A DNA stretch of 19,992 bases, from positions 1 to 19,992 of the forward strand of contig JBQTJP010000039.1 in NCBI GenBank assembly GCA_052386995.1, in the 5' to 3' direction. The DNA comes from Armatimonadota bacterium (lineage in GTDB: Bacteria; Sysuimicrobiota; Sysuimicrobiia; Sysuimicrobiales; Humicultoraceae). The notes beneath the pieces are model-generated. The model made no database searches. It was not told the DNA's origin and was given only the letters and a program-made list of their open reading frames with translations. Shown here in pieces: positions 15,787-19,992 of this stretch; the first letter of the stretch is position 1, and every line of letters begins with the position of its first letter. Made by a program: the position numbers and the translations under genes.

Positions 15787-17244
15787 TTACTGCGTCGGCG
15801 CCCGCGGCGCCACCGGCTGATTATCGGTCAGACCTTCATGACCTTGCACGACGACCTGATCTCCGGTTTCGATGCCGGCCGTGACCTCGACGAACCCGTT
15901 ACTGCGCTCACCGATGGTCACCTCGCGGCGGAGCGCTCTGCCATCCTTGACCACGAAGACGATCGGCTTGCCCGATGTCAGCAGGATCGCGGCCTCCGGG
16001 ATCTGCAATACCGAGGCACGCGTGGCCGTGACGATCGCGCCTCGTGCAAACGTGCCAGGGCGCAAGGTTCCATTGAGATTAGGCACTCGAACCTTCACAA
16101 GGAACGTGCGGCTTGCCAGGGCCGCCGCCGGGCCGATTTCGTCTACCCTCCCTGCGAACGTCCGGCCGGGTAGAGCGTCGACCCGGATTGTCGCGGATTG
16201 ACCACGTGTCAACCCGCCGTGATAGCGCTCAGGCACCGCGAGCTCGACGAGCACCTCATCGAGGTCCGCGATGATGAACGAGTGTACGGCCGGCGAGACG
16301 GACTCGCCGGGCTCGACGTCACGCTGCACCACGGTGCCGGCGAAGGGTGCGGTGACGGTGGCATCGACCAGCCTGACGCGGGCAGCCGCGAGGAAGGCTT
16401 GCGATCGCGCTACCTGCGCGGTGGCAAAGGAAATCTCCTCAGTGCGCGGTCCCTGCTCAACGAGCTGCATCGCCTGCTGCGCGGCGCTGGCCGCAGCCTG
16501 AGCCTGCACCAACTGCGCGCGTGCCGCCTGCAGGTCCTCGATACGCGGACCCTCGTGGACCATACTTTGCTGCTGCAGCGCGGAGTTGTAGTTGGTTTGC
16601 GCCAGGCGCAGCTGCGTCTCCGCGGACTCCAGCGCCTGCCGGGAAACGGCGCCCATTTCGTGCAGCGAGCGCATCCGCTGCGCGTCGGCCTGCGCGAGAT
16701 CGAGTGCCGCCTTTGCGCGCGCCACGGCGTCGGCCGCCTGCTCGCGCTCCTGTGGCCGCGCACCACGCTCCATCGCCGCGACCCGCGCCTGGGCCAACCG
16801 CACCGCGGCCTGTGCCTGCGCGTAGGCATCTGCAGACTGCCGACGTTCCTCCGGCCGAGCGCCCACCTGGAGCTGCGTCAGCCTCGCGCGGGCCCCCATC
16901 AAATCTGCGCTCGCCTGCGCTGTCTGAGCGGCCAGCTCGGCGGTGTCCAAACGCATCAGCGGCGTGCCCGCGGTCACGCGCTGCCCTTCCTTGACCAGCA
17001 CGACTGCCACGCGGCCCGGATTCTTGGCCGCGATCTTCGCCTCACGGAGCGCGGCCACCGTCCCGGTCGCGGTCACCGTGACGGCGACATCCGCCTGCCG
17101 GGCGGGAGCCACCCCCACGGCAACCGGCCCACGCTTCGCTTCAACAGCGGGCCGGGCTTCCGGAGCTCCTCTGGCGTTGATCGCCACTGCGCCGATTGCA
17201 AGTGCAGCCACGATTGCTGCCACGATTCCGATTCGCTTGCGCAT
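15787..17244 (-). CDS. RND efflux periplasmic adaptor (membrane fusion protein) with long alpha-hairpin
   Basis: N-terminal TM anchor, lipoyl halves (GRVAVVLVKEGQRVTAGTPL ... VTAPFAGTV..RDVEPGE), LRPGTFARG, IPEAAI, GIETGDQVVVQG. Start is ATG 17244 or GTG 17247 after AAGGAG. Confidence 0.94.
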   Translation of the reverse strand: MRKRIGIVAAIVAALAIGAVAINARGAPEARPAVEAKRGPVAVGVAPARQADVAVTVTATGTVAALREAKIAAKNPGRVAVVLVKEGQRVTAGTPLMRLDTAELAAQTAQASADLMGARARLTQLQVGARPEERRQSADAYAQAQAAVRLAQARVAAMERGARPQEREQAADAVARAKAALDLAQADAQRMRSLHEMGAVSRQALESAETQLRLAQTNYNSALQQQSMVHEGPRIEDLQAARAQLVQAQAAASAAQQAMQLVEQGPRTEEISFATAQVARSQAFLAAARVRLVDATVTAPFAGTVVQRDVEPGESVSPAVHSFIIADLDEVLVELAVPERYHGGLTRGQSATIRVDALPGRTFAGRVDEIGPAAALASRTFLVKVRVPNLNGTLRPGTFARGAIVTATRASVLQIPEAAILLTSGKPIVFVVKDGRALRREVTIGERSNGFVEVTAGIETGDQVVVQGHEGLTDNQPVAPRAPTQ

Positions 17245-17338
17245 CACACCCACTCTCCTTGTCACGATGCACTTTCCACGTTACTCGTCGTGCGTCAACA
17301 CCAGGTCGCGAGAAGGCGAAATCTTTGTCACCGGAGGC

Positions 17339-18673
17339 TCACAGGGCTCCCGTCGCGAGGAGCAGTCGGTTCCGCGCCACATGGTGGCCAAACCGCGCCG
17401 AGGCCAGGGCCACGTCGGCCTGCGCCAGGGCGGCCTGCGCGGAGATGACCTCGAGCGACGTCCCGACGCCCGCCTCATACCGCACTGTCGCAAGCCGCGC
17501 GGCCTCGCGACCCTGCTCCACGGCCCGGGTAGCCGGGATGAGCTCGCCGTTTGCCTGCTGTAGCGCGAGCCAGGCCTGGCGGACTTCCACCTCGACTCGC
17601 TGCTTAGTCTCCGCCCCCAATACGGTCAGTTGCTCGACCCGTAGCGTGGCTTCCCGGATGCGCTCGCGGGTGATCCCGCCGTCGAAGATCGACAACGTCA
17701 CCCCGAGCGCCACGAACCAGGCGCCGGTCAGGCTGCTCGTCGCATTTCCGCTGACGTCGTAGCCCGCGCTCACCGTCAGTGACGGCCGCCCCCCGCTTGC
17801 CGCGAGTTCAATGCCGGCTCTCGCGGCCTCCAGCCGGCTGCGCACCTCGATCAGGTCGGGGCGATCAAGCGCCGCCTGCGCGATCGCGTCGGCGAGCGTG
17901 CCAGAGACGGGCTGAGGCGCGAGGGTGTCGGTGAGATCCAGTGGCAGATCTAGCTGAACGTTGAGGGCCGCCGTCAGATCGGTGCGCGCGCTCTGCACGC
18001 CCGTGTCCGCGCGCACGATCGCCTGCTCCGCGCCGGCCACCGCGACTTCGGCCTGCAGAACATCGAATTGCGGCGCCGCGCCCGTCTGCAGCCGGGCCTG
18101 AGCGATTCGCAGGCTCTCCTGCGCCTGGTCCCGCGCGCGCAGCGCGGCCGCCGCGTTTTCCTGCGCCAGCAGTATCTGCAAGTAGTTCGATCGGGCGGTA
18201 AAGAGCGTCTGCTCCTTGGTCCGCTCGAAGACCGCCTGGGCGCCGCGTAGATTGGCCTCGGCCATGGCGATCTGCGACTCGAGCCGGCCGCCGGTGTAGA
18301 GAGGGAACTGCAGGGTCAGGCGCGCGAGGAACTGGTTGGGGTCGAGAGGTGGCAGGGTGAAGGTGATCACCGGCGGCGTGGGCCCGAACGGATTTGGGAT
18401 GGTCAATGTCTGGCCGGGGCGATCGCCGAAGCGCGTGTAGGAGGCCGACACTGTGGCCTGCGGCAGTCGGGCCCCGCGGGCCTGGGCGAGCTGTGCCTCG
18501 GCAACTGCAACATCAAAGGCCGCGGCGCGCAACCTTAAATTCGCCTGCAGCACGGCGGCCGCGGCATCAGCGAAGGACAGCCGCCGCGCGGCGGGTTGGG
18601 CGGCAGCCGGGTGTACCAGCGTGCCAAGCATGATCGCCACAATCAAGAATGTGAAAAGTTTACGAAATCGCAT
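17339..18673 (-). CDS. TolC family outer membrane efflux protein
   Basis: Signal peptide (…HPAAA-Q), two OEP repeats (LQFPLYTGG ... LSIFDGG; ARLQTGAAPQFDVLQA ... RYEAGVGTSLEVISAQ), end LLLATG. First gene of the TolC-MFP-RND operon. Confidence 0.93.
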   Translation of the reverse strand: MRFRKLFTFLIVAIMLGTLVHPAAAQPAARRLSFADAAAAVLQANLRLRAAAFDVAVAEAQLAQARGARLPQATVSASYTRFGDRPGQTLTIPNPFGPTPPVITFTLPPLDPNQFLARLTLQFPLYTGGRLESQIAMAEANLRGAQAVFERTKEQTLFTARSNYLQILLAQENAAAALRARDQAQESLRIAQARLQTGAAPQFDVLQAEVAVAGAEQAIVRADTGVQSARTDLTAALNVQLDLPLDLTDTLAPQPVSGTLADAIAQAALDRPDLIEVRSRLEAARAGIELAASGGRPSLTVSAGYDVSGNATSSLTGAWFVALGVTLSIFDGGITRERIREATLRVEQLTVLGAETKQRVEVEVRQAWLALQQANGELIPATRAVEQGREAARLATVRYEAGVGTSLEVISAQAALAQADVALASARFGHHVARNRLLLATGAL

Positions 18674-18803
18674 CACAAAACCTACCCGTCTGTGGTCACG
18701 TCTCCGTCAGTATCGCGATTGCGCTCACGTGGGGCATCGGTCAAAGGGCGGAGTCGGATCCAGGCCAATCGGCCAGCCGCGAGAGGTCGGGTCAATGGAT
18801 TCG

Positions 18804-18818
18804 TTGACGCTCGGTCAA
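18804..18818. promoter_or_regulatory. Inverted repeat TTGAC-N5-GTCAA, candidate operator for the efflux operon
   Basis: TTGACGCTCGGTCAA, overlapping a second inverted repeat GTCAA-N8-TTGAC (18791-18808). The 9-mer TCGGTCAAA recurs at 18737-18745. Confidence 0.45.
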
Positions 18819-18824
18819 AAGTGT

Positions 18825-18851
18825 GGGGAGGCGGTTGGCAACCGCCTCCCC
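18825..18851 (-). terminator. Probable intrinsic terminator downstream of the 69-aa gene
   Basis: ggggaggcggtt-ggc-aaccgcctcccc, a 12-bp perfect stem, followed on the minus strand by ACACTTTTG. Confidence 0.7.
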
Positions 18852-18892
18852 GTGGTGAAACCAGGCCGCGATGTGGTCACGGCCAGTGCCGG

Positions 18893-19102
18893 TTAACCCC
18901 TGACGTCGGGATTGAGCGGCTCCCGGACCTGGTCGCCGGGCGAGAGGATCTGCGTCGCCTGAGCGGACTCCGCCGAGTACGTCGAGTACGGTGGAATCGG
19001 GCGCGGCTCAAAGACCGGCCCTTCCTGCTCGCCTGCGAAGACCGCCGGGCCCGCCGCCAACAGGATGGCTCCCAGCGCGGCGATTGCGATCAGCTTCTTC
19101 AT
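18893..19102 (-). CDS. Small secreted protein (69 aa; Sec signal peptide plus about 46-aa Pro/Glu-rich mature peptide)
   Basis: Strong SD AAAGGAGGGG before ATG; MKK + hydrophobic core + AVFA cleavage site; flanked by hairpins on both sides. Confidence 0.8.
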   Translation of the reverse strand: MKKLIAIAALGAILLAAGPAVFAGEQEGPVFEPRPIPPYSTYSAESAQATQILSPGDQVREPLNPDVRG

Positions 19103-19225
19103 CGGGACCCCTCCTTTCCGAGGAATTTCGCTATCACAATTCCCAACTCGGATTGTCGTTCAGGGCACCGTTGGCGGCATCGGACGATGGGACGGGCTGT
19201 GAGCCAGGCCTTCGACGAAAGCCGG

Positions 19226-19245
19226 CCTCCGCCAAGAGGCGGAGG
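19226..19245 (-). terminator. Hairpin after the beta-propeller gene stop
   Basis: cctccgcc-aaga-ggcggagg, an 8-bp GC stem 13 nt past the stop codon. The U-tract is weak (ccggcttt). Confidence 0.5.
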
Positions 19246-19258
19246 TATTTACGAGCCG

Positions 19259-19992
19259 TTATGTTTCCAGCGTGAAGCCCTGCACCGACTGTTGAAGAAA
19301 TCGCTCGGGCCATGCCAGGTCGAGGGGCTCCCAGCTCATCCCGGCGTCTCGAGAGCGGAACACTCCACGGTTGTTCGCAGCGTAGATGGTGTGAGGCTCG
19401 TTGGGCCGGGTTGCGAGGAAACTGATCGTCGTGCCCTTTGGGTCCGGGAGCCCGTCGCGAATGCTTTCCCAGCCGCCGTTGCCCTTCTTCACGTACAGGT
19501 ATGAGGTCGCGTTGGCTGGAGAGTACGCGCGCCCGGGCCCAGAAGCCGCCGAGACCGCTACCATCTCGGGATCCGCGGGATCGACCGCTACGCCAAACAG
19601 ATAGCCGTGGCGCAGGCCGGACTCGATGTTCTCCCAGGTGCGACCCTCATCGCGGCTCTCGTAGTACCCATCGCCGGCCGCCGAGTACAGCCGCCCCCGC
19701 GCGTGAGGATGCAGCGCCAGCGTATGGGTGTCGTAGGGCCCATCGGGCGTCCTGTCGATCCAGGTGTCCCCACCGTCCAGGGATCGGACGAGGGCGCCGG
19801 CCTCGATGGCCACGTAGAGACGGCGCGGTTCGTGCGGGTCGACGCCAATCCAACGCACGTGGTGGGTCTCGGGCCGGGGCGGGAAGCTCCAGGTGGACGC
19901 CGAGGGGAGTTTACTGAGACCGTGGAGCTCTTTCCAGGTCTCGCCACCGTCTGTTGAACGGAAGACCGCGCTGGGCTCCGTCCCTGCGTAGA
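19259..19992 (-). CDS. BNR/Asp-box beta-propeller protein (Ycf48/sortilin/GH74-like fold); 5'-partial
   Basis: The frame stays open to the window edge (YAGTEPSAVFRSTDGGETW...WSFPPRPETHHVRWI). Asp-boxes STDGGETW, SLDGGDTW, SRDEGRTW, SRDAGMSW. Confidence 0.9.
   Translation of the reverse strand, partial: YAGTEPSAVFRSTDGGETWKELHGLSKLPSASTWSFPPRPETHHVRWIGVDPHEPRRLYVAIEAGALVRSLDGGDTWIDRTPDGPYDTHTLALHPHARGRLYSAAGDGYYESRDEGRTWENIESGLRHGYLFGVAVDPADPEMVAVSAASGPGRAYSPANATSYLYVKKGNGGWESIRDGLPDPKGTTISFLATRPNEPHTIYAANNRGVFRSRDAGMSWEPLDLAWPERFLQQSVQGFTLET

Noticed and set aside
18596..19504. 302-aa plus-strand ORF across the tolC upstream region
   Set aside because: It overlaps three minus-strand genes, is Arg-rich and low complexity, and has no family signal.

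Overview
High-GC bacterial window with no rRNA, tRNA, CRISPR array or mobile element that I can support. A TolC gene implies a diderm envelope, and a SigH-like promoter hints at a Terrabacteria lineage such as Armatimonadota-like (inference only). The window has four blocks. (1) A minus-strand run: GNAT acetyltransferase, degenerate histidine phosphatase, DUF1028 Ntn-hydrolase with a peptidoglycan-binding tail, Ser/Thr dehydratase-like PLP enzyme, non-canonical UroD-like enzyme, Aquifex-type aconitase, and a Tat-exported family-5 ABC substrate-binding protein (cut by the left edge and missed by the ORF track). (2) A divergent plus-strand potassium module: a KdpD-like kinase lacking the N-terminal cytoplasmic domains, KdpE, an 84-aa 3-TM protein, and a KimA (YdaO)-type K+ transporter where kdpFABC would normally sit. 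The last two genes each carry a copy of the same 33-bp promoter element (30/33 identical), with 11-bp-period direct repeats and an extended -10. This is the best candidate for an unusual system. (3) A minus-strand TolC-MFP-RND efflux operon followed by an aldo/keto reductase, with a 21-codon sORF between them. (4) A 69-aa secreted-peptide gene flanked by hairpins, and a partial Asp-box beta-propeller gene at the right edge. All family calls come from motif recognition by eye, not database searches.
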